Shown here: piece by piece, positions 1 to 10,970 of the stretch
Position numbering within the stretch: position 1 is the stretch's first letter
How the letters are laid out: each line of letters opens with the position of its first letter
IMG/VR virus record: IMGVR_UViG_3300006802_000086
Span: 1 to 64,000 of that record
Source: a virus
DNA: 64,000 bases
Direction: 5' to 3' (one strand)
The notes under the pieces: generated by a model
Database searches by the model: none
What the model was told of the DNA's origin: nothing
The model's input: only the letters and a program-made list of their open reading frames with translations
Program-made: the position numbers and the translations under genes

Positions 1-1
1 T

Positions 2-601
2 GATGTTGTTATGAATGATAATATTAATAGAACTAGTCAAACAGTTCCTTCTTCAATTGCAGCATTAAAAGCTCTAGGATATAATGATTCAATTGCATAT
101 CCTTGGTTTGCACCTGCAGGATTTAATAGGGGTGCGTTAAATGATGTTATTAATTCAAAAGTAAGGCTAAACGCCGAAGATAGAAATATTCTTTATGAAT
201 CTAGAATTAATCCTATCGCAAACTTTCCAGACGGCGGTTTTGTTATTTTTGGCCAAAAAACATTGCAACAAGATCGATCATCACTGGACAGAGTTAACGT
301 AAGAAGAATGCTTTTAGAAGTAAAAAGAGTCATATCTGATATTGCTAACAAATTAATTTTTGAAAACAATACGCCGCAAACACGCGCAAGATTTGTTGCT
401 CAAGCAACACCTTTACTAGGCGCAATTCAATCGCAACAAGGTATTGATCAATTTAAAATTGTTATGGATACGTCTAACAATTCTGAGTTGGATATTGAAG
501 AAAACAAGCTTAACGGAAGAATTATTTTAGTCCCTACAAGAGTAGCAGAATTTATCTCTATTGACTTTATAATTACTAACGCAGGTGTTAGCTTTGAATA
601 A
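2..601 (+). CDS. Tail sheath protein 1, C-terminal part (5'-truncated by window)
   Basis: Sheath C-terminal motifs PWFAPAGFNRG, INPI, GQKTLQ, LDRVNVRRMLL, FENN, PTRVAEFI; frame is open to the window edge. Confidence 0.92.
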   Translation, partial: DVVMNDNINRTSQTVPSSIAALKALGYNDSIAYPWFAPAGFNRGALNDVINSKVRLNAEDRNILYESRINPIANFPDGGFVIFGQKTLQQDRSSLDRVNVRRMLLEVKRVISDIANKLIFENNTPQTRARFVAQATPLLGAIQSQQGIDQFKIVMDTSNNSELDIEENKLNGRIILVPTRVAEFISIDFIITNAGVSFE

Positions 602-625
602 CGCATACAAATGGAGTAAACTATT

Positions 626-3601
626 ATGGCAGAATTAACATTTAAATCACCGGGTATCAGTACTAGAGAAATTGATTTATCACAAACAAGATCTTCTAGG
701 CCTGTCGGTATACCAGCTGGAATTATTGGAACTTCTTTAGAAGGTCCAGCTTTTATCCCTTTGACATTTGCAAATTTTAATGATTTTGTAACAACATTTG
801 GGGCATCAGATGGTGAAAAATTCGGGCCAATTGCTGTAAGTCAATGGTTGACAAATGCTCAGTCAGTTACCTATATGAAAGTCCTAGGAATAGGCAACGG
901 AAAACAAAAAAATGCAACAACAGGTAAAGTAACAAATGCAGGTTTTGTTGTGGGTGATAGAATAATTCAAAATAATGGTTATGCAGGTGACAATCCTTAC
1001 GCCAATACAGGAGCCGGCTCTGTTGAAGGTAGAACTTACTTTTTAGGAAGCTTTATGTCAGAATCTGCAGGAAGTACTATTTTTTCTGATCCGGGCATAC
1101 AAACAGGGCCTAATTCAGTTTCTATTCTTAGAGGGGTAATCTTAGCACCTAGTGGCGTAGTTCTTCATTTGTCTGGTAATAATATGGCAGATACATCTGC
1201 ACCAAGTAAGTCGCAAACTGCAACTAACGGAAGCACCCTGGCCGGCCAAAAAGGTTCGCTTACTGGATCGATTAATATAAGCAGCCAAGAATTTGTAATG
1301 ATGATGAATGGTTATTCCAATTCTGATACTGGAAAGACGACAGTATTAACTGCATCTTTAGATATGACAGCACCAAATTATTTTAAAAACGTATTTAACA
1401 CAGATCCGCTTAAGATAGAAGAAGAAGGTCACTATCTTTATGCATCATACGACATATACCCAGATATGGCAACAGTCACAGGAAGTGGAGTTGTTGAAGC
1501 TAGTGGTGTGAGTGGAAACTTAGAAGACGCTATATTTTTATTAACATCGTCAGCAGGAAGAGGATCAGCTAGCTCGAGCACAGAAGTTGACTATGAAGAT
1601 TTTGAATACAGATATACGCATGCATCTTCTCCTTTTGTAATATCTCAAAATTTTGGTAATGCTCCTCATAACTTGTTTAAAATTCATGCGCTGTCAGATG
1701 GCGAAGGTATATCTAATAGATATAAGATATCAATTGAAAATATTAAAAAATCAACATCAACTTCTGACTTGTACGGTACTTTTGATTTAGTTATTAGAGA
1801 CTTTTATGATACAGATCCTTATCCAGTTGTTTTGGAAAGTTTTAGAGGTTTAAGTCTTGACCCCGGGTCTGATCGTTATATTGCCAGGGTTATTGGTGAT
1901 CAAAACATAAGATATAATTTTGATGTTGCCGAAACATCACAAAAAATTATTGTTGAAGGGAATCATCCAGTTAGATCTAGATATATTAGAATCGAAACGA
2001 CCCTAGCACTAGAAGACGCGTCGATTCCTAAAACCTCGTTACCTTTTGGGTTTAGAGGTCCTAATCATTTAGTTACTAGTGGTTCTTTGTTGGCAACAGT
2101 AGACCCGGGTAGTAATTTAAGTAATACAGACATTACTAAAAGAATAATTGAACCGCCGATTCCTTATAGGGAAAGTGTTGCTATTGGTACTGGTTTGCTT
2201 AAAAAGTCTGATTCTAGATATTACTGGGGCGTGCAAACTATGCGTAAAACAAACCCGGCGCAACCTAATTTGACTAGTCTTTTTGACAATAGTTTTGATG
2301 CATTTACTAAGCATTTTCCAAATAATAGAATTAACACGCTTAATTTTTCAGTTGGTAATAATGCAGGTACAGCAAACGTAGCCGGTAGCATTCTAGACAG
2401 TGATTTATTTAATAAAAATAAGTTTTCTTTAGAAAATATACAAGTTCGTACCGGCTCAGATGGCCTCGCGGATCCGGATCAATGGCTAAGTGCTTCTTAT
2501 GTTAGAGATGGCAATATTACACCATCCAGTACAAACAAAACAAGGGCATTTGAAGAAAGCGATTTAGGTAAAGTTGCTAATACTAAGTTTGCTAAATTTA
2601 CCATGATTCTCCAAGGTGGGTTTAACGGTGTTAATATTTTCAATAGAGAAAAGAAAAACCTGACAAATATAGCAGCAAGAAGAGAATATATTGAGTCACA
2701 ATCTACAGCCACTCAACAAAGTACAATTGCGGCATATAGAAAAGCTATCGACTTAATGGCATCAAAAACAGATGTAGATATTCAATTACTAGCATTACCT
2801 GGAATTAGACACCCGTCAATTACTGATTATGCAATTCAAAAAGTAGAAGATAGATTTGATGCTATGTATATTATGGATATCGAAGAAGTAGATCAATTAA
2901 ATAATGTTATAACTTCTTCTGTGCAAAAGCCAAATGTTCAAAATACAGTTGTTAACTTAAGTGGAAGATCCCTTAATTCGTCATTTGCTGCAGCGTATTT
3001 TCCGGATGTTATTGTTACAGATCCAACAACAAAAACATTAGTACAAGTTCCTCCATCAGTTGCAGTGTTAGGTGCATACTCATTTAATGATAAGGTTTCT
3101 CACCCTTGGTTTGCACCGGCAGGTTATGCAAGAGGTGCTTTAAATAGCGTCGAATTACCTTCTGTTAAACTTAATAGAACTAACTTAGATGACTTGTATG
3201 GCGCAGACATCAATCCTATTACAGAATTTCCTAATACCGGTGTGACTATATGGGGACAAAAAACTTTGCTGGCGTCTAATTCAGCATTAGACAGAATTAA
3301 TGTTCGTAGGCTTTTAATTGATGTTCGTAGAAAAGTTAGAAGTGTTGCAAACAGTCTTTTGTTCGAACCTAACAGGGAAGAAACATTAGATAAATTTAAT
3401 TCATTGGTTAACCCTATTTTACAAAGAGTTCAAGAACAAAACGGTGTTGACAGATACAAAGTCATTATTGACACAACGACTACAACTCAAGCAGATGTTG
3501 AAAATAATACAATACGTGGAAAAGTTTATTTGCAGCCTACACGTTCAATTGAGTTTGTTTCACTAGATTTTGTTGTTACAAATGCTGGTGCAAATATTTA
3601 A
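626..3601 (+). CDS. Tail sheath protein 2 (991 aa)
   Basis: N-terminal SPGISTREID; C-terminal PWFAPAGYARG, WGQKTL, LDRINVRRLL, FEPN, PTRSIEFV; SD GGAG. Confidence 0.95.
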   Translation: MAELTFKSPGISTREIDLSQTRSSRPVGIPAGIIGTSLEGPAFIPLTFANFNDFVTTFGASDGEKFGPIAVSQWLTNAQSVTYMKVLGIGNGKQKNATTGKVTNAGFVVGDRIIQNNGYAGDNPYANTGAGSVEGRTYFLGSFMSESAGSTIFSDPGIQTGPNSVSILRGVILAPSGVVLHLSGNNMADTSAPSKSQTATNGSTLAGQKGSLTGSINISSQEFVMMMNGYSNSDTGKTTVLTASLDMTAPNYFKNVFNTDPLKIEEEGHYLYASYDIYPDMATVTGSGVVEASGVSGNLEDAIFLLTSSAGRGSASSSTEVDYEDFEYRYTHASSPFVISQNFGNAPHNLFKIHALSDGEGISNRYKISIENIKKSTSTSDLYGTFDLVIRDFYDTDPYPVVLESFRGLSLDPGSDRYIARVIGDQNIRYNFDVAETSQKIIVEGNHPVRSRYIRIETTLALEDASIPKTSLPFGFRGPNHLVTSGSLLATVDPGSNLSNTDITKRIIEPPIPYRESVAIGTGLLKKSDSRYYWGVQTMRKTNPAQPNLTSLFDNSFDAFTKHFPNNRINTLNFSVGNNAGTANVAGSILDSDLFNKNKFSLENIQVRTGSDGLADPDQWLSASYVRDGNITPSSTNKTRAFEESDLGKVANTKFAKFTMILQGGFNGVNIFNREKKNLTNIAARREYIESQSTATQQSTIAAYRKAIDLMASKTDVDIQLLALPGIRHPSITDYAIQKVEDRFDAMYIMDIEEVDQLNNVITSSVQKPNVQNTVVNLSGRSLNSSFAAAYFPDVIVTDPTTKTLVQVPPSVAVLGAYSFNDKVSHPWFAPAGYARGALNSVELPSVKLNRTNLDDLYGADINPITEFPNTGVTIWGQKTLLASNSALDRINVRRLLIDVRRKVRSVANSLLFEPNREETLDKFNSLVNPILQRVQEQNGVDRYKVIIDTTTTTQADVENNTIRGKVYLQPTRSIEFVSLDFVVTNAGANI

Positions 3602-3638
3602 TACCATATATATATTTATATAAAAACAGGAGACTATT

Positions 3639-4130
3639 ATGGCAGAAACACTTTCAGTAACAGACTTACTACCAAATAAGTTTGAACCGAAAAGAGATTA
3701 TAGATGGGTTTTAGCAATTGAAGGTATTGATTCATTTTTAATATCTGATACAAAAAGACCTGACATATCAATTGACAAAGATGAAATCCCTTTTATTAAT
3801 AGCTATAGAGTTGTTTCTAAAGGTAAGGTTAAGTTTGGCGGAATATCAGTTAAGCTTCATGATCCGATTGCACCTTCAGGTGCACAGCAAGTAATGGAAT
3901 GGATCAGAACTCACTATGAGTCTGTTTCAGGAAGAGCCGGATATGCAGATTTTTACAAAAGAGATCTTCAACTTAAGCTTTTAGATCCTATTGGTACAGT
4001 TATTGAATTGTGGGATATTAAAGGCGCAATCATTACGAGCGCTAATTTTGGAACACTTAGTTACGGTAGTGGAAATATGTTATCAATCGATCTATCATTA
4101 GAAGTTGATAATTGTGTATTGCAATTCTAA
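3639..4130 (+). CDS. Tail tube protein (T4 gp19-like)
   Basis: 163 aa directly after the sheath; FEPKR, DPIAPSGAQQVMEW, YKRD, LDPIG..IE.W; SD AGGAG. Confidence 0.88.
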   Translation: MAETLSVTDLLPNKFEPKRDYRWVLAIEGIDSFLISDTKRPDISIDKDEIPFINSYRVVSKGKVKFGGISVKLHDPIAPSGAQQVMEWIRTHYESVSGRAGYADFYKRDLQLKLLDPIGTVIELWDIKGAIITSANFGTLSYGSGNMLSIDLSLEVDNCVLQF

Positions 4131-4215
4131 GCCTTGATTTAAATAAAAATTGTTTACTTTGTTATAAATCCTCTGTATTGTTATAGAGGATTTTTTATTT
4201 AGGAGAGACATACAT

Positions 4216-5019
4216 ATGCAAAACAAAAACATGCCTACTAGTAATATTTTAAAAGATGATTTTGGTTGGGAGGTACCATTTGAGACAGTACCTTTGCCTT
4301 CTAGAGGCGTTGTATACCACCCGGACAGCAAGTTATATAATAAAGAGTCTATTAGCATAAAAGCAATGACAGCGCTAGAAGAAGACATACTGTCTAGTCA
4401 GGCTTTTATTAAAGAAGGTACATCAGTAGCACGTGCAATTCAGTCTTGTATCGTAGAAGACAATGTTGATGTTGATGAAATGATATCAGGTGATAAAAAT
4501 GCACTTATGATATCGATGAGAATTACAGGTTACGGCTCTAGATACCCTGTTTTGCATTCATGCGCAAACTGTGGAGCTCAAAATGAAGTTGACGTCCAGC
4601 TAAACGAGTTAGCTATTAATCGATTAAAAGAAGAGCCAATCGTCAAAGGAGAAAATAAGTTTAAATTTCTGTTACCTGTCTCAGGAAAAGAAGTTATTTT
4701 TAAATTTTTAACCGGATATGATGAAAAAGAAGAAAAAATTAAAAAGCAAAGAATGAAAAGCATGGGTATTAATTTAGATAATAACGTTACTTCCTTTTTG
4801 GAACAATCAATATTATCAATTGACAATATTACCGATAAAAATAAAATATCGCATTTTATAAAACACATGCCTGCTATGGATTCTAGAAAACTAAGACTTC
4901 ATATAATAAATCAGGAGCCGGGGATAGATATGACTTGGAAATATGTTTGCAATTCTTGCACTCATAATAATGAGTTAGGCATACCAATATCTACAGAGTT
5001 TTTTTGGCCCAGTACATAG
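4216..5019 (+). CDS. Baseplate hub / tail assembly chaperone (T4 gp26-like)
   Basis: VPLPSRG, MTALEEDIL, RITGYG, two CxxC pairs, C-terminal FFWP; lies between tube and tape measure. Confidence 0.75.
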   Translation: MQNKNMPTSNILKDDFGWEVPFETVPLPSRGVVYHPDSKLYNKESISIKAMTALEEDILSSQAFIKEGTSVARAIQSCIVEDNVDVDEMISGDKNALMISMRITGYGSRYPVLHSCANCGAQNEVDVQLNELAINRLKEEPIVKGENKFKFLLPVSGKEVIFKFLTGYDEKEEKIKKQRMKSMGINLDNNVTSFLEQSILSIDNITDKNKISHFIKHMPAMDSRKLRLHIINQEPGIDMTWKYVCNSCTHNNELGIPISTEFFWPST

Positions 5020-5263
5020 CTGGCGCGAAAAAATACTAGAAGAATTTTTTCTGCTCCAGATGCACCTCAACATGTCTTATTCAGAGGTCAAAAGATTACC
5101 AATACGATATCGCCATTGGTTTTTAGACAGAGTTGCGAGGCATTTTAAAGAGAAAAATGAAGCAATTGAAAAAAGATATAACAAAGATGCTAGTCACAGT
5201 AACGACAATTTAAATAATTTGGCAATGTTTGAACAACAAATCAATGATAAGTTAAAAAAATAA
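4979..5263 (+). CDS. Second chaperone ORF (gp51-like/GT-like); probably reached by frameshift from the upstream gene, first ATG at 5060
   Basis: Frame open from 4979; EEFFLLQMHLNMSYSEVKRLPIRYRHWF resembles the small post-chaperone ORF of myoviruses; no SD before ATG 5060. Confidence 0.6.
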   Translation, partial: AYQYLQSFFGPVHSWREKILEEFFLLQMHLNMSYSEVKRLPIRYRHWFLDRVARHFKEKNEAIEKRYNKDASHSNDNLNNLAMFEQQINDKLKK

Positions 5264-5302
5264 TTTTGTGCATACTTATTATTATTATCAAAGGAGTGAT
5301 TG

Positions 5303-7222
5303 ATGCCACCAAACACACCAAATAACCAGAATACATCACAGAGTCAAACTTCTCAAAGCGCGCAAGACATTATTAGCGACCAATTAGGTGATTTAAGCAA
5401 TAGTGCAGATGATGCTACAAAAAGCATGTCAAGATTAAGTGATGAGACTGAAAAAGCCGGCGACAGTGCAAAGTATCTTGGAGTTGGAGCAGTAAGTTTG
5501 ATAACAGCGCTTAGTACTGTTGATGGTCAAACGGGACGAATTGCCCGAAGTATTATGAAAGGAGTAACAACACTAGCAGAAGAAACTTACAACAGCCAAG
5601 CAGAAATTGCCAAAAATATGAATCATATGTTGGATCCCTATACTAAACTTAATGAATCAATTGGAGGAATTACAAGAGAAATGTTTATAAGTGGCGAAGA
5701 AATGAATGCATTTTCTGCCACAGCTTTTGAAACAACGCAAGACTTTCAAAAAGCTTTTGCTGGAATTGGCGATTCTGCAATTACTTTTAAGTCTAATAGC
5801 GGTGATATAAAAAACGCATTTAAATCTCTTTTCCCGACAGAAGAAGATATGCGAGATGCTTATGACATGGTAGGTCAGCTCAATAAAGGAATTGCTGAAG
5901 GATTTGCAATAATGAGCGATGAACTAACTAAGACTGAAAGGGTTAGAATGGTCGCACTAGCACGAGCAACAGGTACTGATATAAAAGTACTTAAAGAATT
6001 GACAGAAAAGCAATTTGCATTTACAGGAGAAGCTAGCACAGATGTTATTGAAAAAATAACAGCGACAGCTGATGCGTTGGCAACTGCAACAGGTTTGCCA
6101 CTTCAAACTCTTAAAAATAGTATTATTGAGATAAAACAAGATACAGAACTATTTGGTGATATTGGTGAAGACGCAGCCGGCCGAATTGCTGCTTCTTTAA
6201 GTATGCTAGGCACATCTTTTCAGTCTTTTAAAGCAATGACCGGTCAATTTATGGATTTTGATAGTGCTGCAAAAAAAATGGGTGACTTATCTGCGATGTT
6301 TGGTATTCAAATGGATGCAATGGAAATGACTTATTTGGCAAATGAAGATCAAGAGGAGTTTCTATATAGAATAAGGGAAGATATTCTTGCATCAGGTGTA
6401 GACGTAGAAAACATGTCAAATGCCAGACTAAGAATGCTTAAATCGCAACTTGGTATGAGTTCTGTAGAAGAAGTAAAAATGTTTTTAAAAGAAGACAGTG
6501 CTTTTGACGAAATTGGTCAAGAAGGAATTGCAGCAGCAGCAGCACAGGCTGAAAACTTAGACGGAATGACAGTTGCAATCAAAAAATTTGCTGAAACAGG
6601 TAACGAAGCCCTTAGATCTATTGATACAGAACGCGCTGTTCAAATGGCTGCAGCTTCTTCAGAAATGGTAAGAGAGCTTAGCAATAGCGTAACACTATCA
6701 GGAGAAGTAGCTGCAAATTTTCAAAAAGTCAACCTGGCAGGATCAGAAAATATTGAAGCCTATAAATCAATGCTTTCTGGGTATAATGGTGTTATTGTTG
6801 ATGGTGCTAAAATGTTAGGAAACGCTACATCATCAACAATTCAAGGTATTGCAGACACGTCAGCTAAAGGTGTAAATTTAATAACTAGCGCATTAGGACA
6901 GTCGACGGAAGCTGCTAATTGGTATAGTAATGTGACCACGCCTCCTGCAACTGTTCAATACGAAGTTGACACCACCGCGATTAACGACGCTATTGTTTCT
7001 GGTTTTAATCCTGCGGCAGAATTAATGCGACAAACCAGTCAACAAACCGGTCAATTAACTGTTGGTCTAACCCAGTTAGTAACACAAATGAAACAGCCTA
7101 GTACACAAACTGTTAACGTAAATTTAGACGGTCAGCAACTAGGATCATCAATGCTGAATATTATAACTAGACCTGGAGTAACAAATTCAGCCGGGCAATC
7201 TTTGGTAGTTGCAGGAGGATAA
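5303..7222 (+). CDS. Tape measure protein
   Basis: Ala/Met/Gly-rich helical protein after the chaperones; C-terminal VNVNLDGQQLG; SD AAGGAG. Confidence 0.75.
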   Translation: MPPNTPNNQNTSQSQTSQSAQDIISDQLGDLSNSADDATKSMSRLSDETEKAGDSAKYLGVGAVSLITALSTVDGQTGRIARSIMKGVTTLAEETYNSQAEIAKNMNHMLDPYTKLNESIGGITREMFISGEEMNAFSATAFETTQDFQKAFAGIGDSAITFKSNSGDIKNAFKSLFPTEEDMRDAYDMVGQLNKGIAEGFAIMSDELTKTERVRMVALARATGTDIKVLKELTEKQFAFTGEASTDVIEKITATADALATATGLPLQTLKNSIIEIKQDTELFGDIGEDAAGRIAASLSMLGTSFQSFKAMTGQFMDFDSAAKKMGDLSAMFGIQMDAMEMTYLANEDQEEFLYRIREDILASGVDVENMSNARLRMLKSQLGMSSVEEVKMFLKEDSAFDEIGQEGIAAAAAQAENLDGMTVAIKKFAETGNEALRSIDTERAVQMAAASSEMVRELSNSVTLSGEVAANFQKVNLAGSENIEAYKSMLSGYNGVIVDGAKMLGNATSSTIQGIADTSAKGVNLITSALGQSTEAANWYSNVTTPPATVQYEVDTTAINDAIVSGFNPAAELMRQTSQQTGQLTVGLTQLVTQMKQPSTQTVNVNLDGQQLGSSMLNIITRPGVTNSAGQSLVVAGG

Positions 7223-7225
7223 AAA

Positions 7226-7438
7226 ATGAAAGAAAAAATACTTATTGAGATATGTAAAAAATATAATATTAATAGTTTGGATGTTGAACAAAAAAAAATT
7301 ATTGAAAATAAATTAGAAAATATATTTTCTAGTCTTTCTCTAATTGAAAAGCTTCAAGGTGATATACTCTCTGATGATCAAAAAATTAAAAATTTTGCTA
7401 ATATGATTGAAGACTACTTAAAGGATAAACATGGCTAG
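7226..7438 (+). CDS. Hypothetical protein (70 aa)
   Basis: Fills the gap in the operon and overlaps the next start. Confidence 0.5.
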   Translation: MKEKILIEICKKYNINSLDVEQKKIIENKLENIFSSLSLIEKLQGDILSDDQKIKNFANMIEDYLKDKHG

Positions 7439-10400
7439 AGAAACCCTTAAAGATTTTTTAAACAAGCGAGGATCCACAGCAGATTCTATATCTTACATAA
7501 GAGAAGACAGTAAAAATGGGTTAGGTATAGATCCTAATACGGGTGACGCACTTTTAGATCTTCTAAATGAAAACAGTGGACTTTTAGGTGATTACCTAAG
7601 TTTTCTTACCAAGGAAGAAAACAATTCATTTCAAATTAAACCTGGTAACTCTGAGGGTACTTCTTTAAAAAGAGGGGACAGTCTAGATATAGCTGATAAT
7701 CAAGGTGCAGAAAAAGTATTTATTGAGCAGGGCACAAATCTAAAAAGTCATCTTAATGAATATAGCAACAGTGGATATATAACAAATGCAGGAGGAGATT
7801 TATCTAGAATTGTAGAAAAAACAGGTAGTCCAAACAATCATAATATTCTTAAAGATGTTGAAGGAAAACCTTTAGATAATTCTGGTAAAACTTTATCTGA
7901 CCCAGAAGGCGATGCAAGTAACGTCGTACAAGAAATAAATAAAGTTTTTTTAAAAAACAATAGATTTTCTAATGTAGGTAACAATAGCAAGAATGCTTTT
8001 GCTGAACTACCTGCAAACTCACAAAACTTTGATGATGAGCTAAAACTAAACGTTCAAAATGAATTTGGAAACTATAATAAAGATGAAAATTTAGTAACTT
8101 TTAATGATCTTAAAGAGATAGGAAAGTCTCTTTTGTTAAGCACGTCAGGTTTTAGTGAAGAACTTGAAAAAGGGTCTAGATTGGCATCTGGTAATACAGG
8201 ATTTAACTCACTAGACATAGATGATCTTAGAGCAAAAAATGCAAAAGGATTTCCTAACAAAAACGACATATCGGTTAGGGACGGAAGAGGTGATTACTTT
8301 ATTAAAGATCCCAACGCAAAAAATAGTAAAAGTTACGGGACAACTTATAATACAGAAATGAACTTTCAAGGAAAAGGATCAGATCTTTTAAATATTGAAG
8401 CAGCTGCATCAATGTATGCACTTAAAAAAATAGCATCTGACTTTTTTAATAGTTTTCTAGAAAAACTAAGAATTCAGGACAGAAATAGCTTAGAAGCTGA
8501 AGCTGAAAGTATTATTACAAAAAATGCAAGTGTAGACGTTGGTACTTACATGTTAGGAAAATCAAGATATACATCTTCTGTTAAAATAAGTAATGAAATT
8601 CTATCAAACCTATTAACAAATACAATATACCCATACGGAGATGCTGTTGACAGAGGACTAGAGGTAATATTTTCAAATGAGTTAAATAACTTACCGGTGT
8701 CTCCTCGTGCAGGTTCTTTTAGAACAACTAATAAAGATAAGAACATAGTTCAAAGTTCAGGGTTTTGGCTAGCAGTGTCTAGATCGATTTTAAAATCTTT
8801 TGATCAAATTATATCAAAATACACTGACGAATCTTTTGGGATAAGTGATGAAAATCAGCTATTTTTAATCTATAAAGATATTATTGAATCTAACAAATTT
8901 ATTCAATTTTATAACACCATGGCAGCAATTGGTGACATTAGTTTGTCTGCGACCGATGGGGAAAAAATAGACATTCCGATACCGGGAAGTTCACTAGAAG
9001 GAAATAAAAGGAGTGCAGAAAAACTAGGTGCTGGGAAGGAGTGGGCTGCAGGTATGGGAAGATATCCAAGAGGGGAAGGACGATATGCATCTGAGCTTTC
9101 TTGGAATCAAGATGCATCACCTTCCATGTATATTTTGCCTGCGAATGTTATTAGGGCAGCAACTAAACTAAACAATCTTTATAAAGGAGTAAACCCAGCA
9201 AGAGGAATGTTAGGTAGTTCCCTTGTGGATAAAACATACTTTGGTTTAGATGTTGATGGTAGCTACAATAGGATTCCAAAAGAAGTTGTTAAAAGCTTAG
9301 AAGATGATTTAGAAGCCGAGTATGTTCCTTTCTATATACAGGACTTAAGAACAAATGAAATAATATCATTTAATGCCTTTTTAACAAACTTAACTGATAA
9401 TATTGCATCAAACCACAACGGGGTCTCAGGTTATGGACGTCTAGACGAAGTCAAAATATACAACAATACAAAAAGAACAGTTGCAGTTGGTTTTATTCTT
9501 ATGGCAACAAATAGAGAAGATTTTGACTCGATGTGGTACAAGATTAATAAGTTAACAACAATGTTGTATCCACAATGGACACCCGGATCCATGGTAAGTA
9601 CTGATGGTGTTTCTAAGTTTTATCAGCCGTTTAGTCAAGTCATAGGCGCTTCACCTATTGTTAGAATGAGAGTAGGGGACATTATTAAATCAAACTACTC
9701 TAGGTTTGCTTTGGCCAGGACTTTTGGAATTGGTGACGCAAGTGTTAAGGCAAATCCTAGTTTAGAAAGTGGAGGGTCATCCAGTATTGCTGGTGCTATT
9801 GGTTCAATATCAGACGGTCAAGTAGGAAACGTCTTGAACCTCGTTCAAGACGTTGCATTAAAACTTTGGTTAGCAGTTTTTGGAAGCCCTATGTCAATAG
9901 GTGACCTTATTTTTAATTCTATTCCTATGCCTAAAAGTAATTTTAAGAGAATTGTTAAAAACTTAGGGCGAGATGTAGCGCTCAAAGCACTTTCTGGTTT
10001 TTTAATTAACGGTTTTGCAAATCCACTTGCTGTCGACAATATTATTAGACAACTTAGAGATCCGGATCACAATTGGGAACGTTCTAGCAAGTTAGGTAAA
10101 ACAAGGGAAAAAGCAAATGATGTGATATCAAACATGTCTTCGCTGTTCCCCGATACAGGATTAAGTGATGGTCTAAGTATATTTAGCAACGACGATAATC
10201 AAAGTGCAGGTCTTTTAAAAATGATGATACTAAAACCTAACACTAATAACGGTTATTTTTCTCCTGACACAAAAAAGACATATTTGATAGCTAGAAGATT
10301 GAACGTTCGTGTTGTTGATTCGGGTTTAGGATTAGAAGGAATGCCTGGCGGCAAAAGAGGTTATAAAGTAAAAGTAGTTGATCTTAGTGCACCTCAAGAT

Positions 10401-10970
10401 TTATTTGGAAAACATTTAAACGTAGTTCATCCTGATATTTTACCAGACCCCTCAGCTTTATTTTCTTCAAGTATTATGGGGTTGACACTGTATGCAACAG
10501 ACCCAGTTGGTTCAATAGGCGATGCATTAACATCAGTTTTTGACGATGCTGCTTTGAGCATGGGTTTGCCTTCTGAGTCAATTGATGCGATAAGCACATT
10601 GCTTTATGCTTCTAATACTAGTCTTTTTATGGAGCCTGGAATTAATCCATTTACTAGAGCATATGAAACCACAGCTGGCCGAGGTCTAGCAGGTGTGATC
10701 AATGGAATTAATTTTAATTGGTTGGATTACCCATGGGAGACTGACTTTAATGCACGTGCTCCCATGGGGTGCAAGATCACTTTTAATTTTGATGTTATTC
10801 ACGACATACCTCCAGGTCTAGACCATAGCGGCTACAATAGAGCTCCGCTTTATAATGTAGGAGAAGTAATGAAAAATATATCAGGAGATCCATATAGTGA
10901 TAATGGAAAAGGGGCGGAATTTAGTTTCAAAAAAGGAAAGTCGACAAGGCTTAAAATAAGGAGGTCATAA
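7431..10970 (+). CDS. Baseplate / tail-tube-initiator-like structural protein (1179 aa)
   Basis: FNAFLTNLTD...GYGRLDEVKIYNNTKRTV...KINKLTTMLYPQW...SPIVRMRVGD and a PWE motif typical of tube-fold baseplate proteins; position in module. Confidence 0.6.
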   Translation: MARETLKDFLNKRGSTADSISYIREDSKNGLGIDPNTGDALLDLLNENSGLLGDYLSFLTKEENNSFQIKPGNSEGTSLKRGDSLDIADNQGAEKVFIEQGTNLKSHLNEYSNSGYITNAGGDLSRIVEKTGSPNNHNILKDVEGKPLDNSGKTLSDPEGDASNVVQEINKVFLKNNRFSNVGNNSKNAFAELPANSQNFDDELKLNVQNEFGNYNKDENLVTFNDLKEIGKSLLLSTSGFSEELEKGSRLASGNTGFNSLDIDDLRAKNAKGFPNKNDISVRDGRGDYFIKDPNAKNSKSYGTTYNTEMNFQGKGSDLLNIEAAASMYALKKIASDFFNSFLEKLRIQDRNSLEAEAESIITKNASVDVGTYMLGKSRYTSSVKISNEILSNLLTNTIYPYGDAVDRGLEVIFSNELNNLPVSPRAGSFRTTNKDKNIVQSSGFWLAVSRSILKSFDQIISKYTDESFGISDENQLFLIYKDIIESNKFIQFYNTMAAIGDISLSATDGEKIDIPIPGSSLEGNKRSAEKLGAGKEWAAGMGRYPRGEGRYASELSWNQDASPSMYILPANVIRAATKLNNLYKGVNPARGMLGSSLVDKTYFGLDVDGSYNRIPKEVVKSLEDDLEAEYVPFYIQDLRTNEIISFNAFLTNLTDNIASNHNGVSGYGRLDEVKIYNNTKRTVAVGFILMATNREDFDSMWYKINKLTTMLYPQWTPGSMVSTDGVSKFYQPFSQVIGASPIVRMRVGDIIKSNYSRFALARTFGIGDASVKANPSLESGGSSSIAGAIGSISDGQVGNVLNLVQDVALKLWLAVFGSPMSIGDLIFNSIPMPKSNFKRIVKNLGRDVALKALSGFLINGFANPLAVDNIIRQLRDPDHNWERSSKLGKTREKANDVISNMSSLFPDTGLSDGLSIFSNDDNQSAGLLKMMILKPNTNNGYFSPDTKKTYLIARRLNVRVVDSGLGLEGMPGGKRGYKVKVVDLSAPQDLFGKHLNVVHPDILPDPSALFSSSIMGLTLYATDPVGSIGDALTSVFDDAALSMGLPSESIDAISTLLYASNTSLFMEPGINPFTRAYETTAGRGLAGVINGINFNWLDYPWETDFNARAPMGCKITFNFDVIHDIPPGLDHSGYNRAPLYNVGEVMKNISGDPYSDNGKGAEFSFKKGKSTRLKIRRS

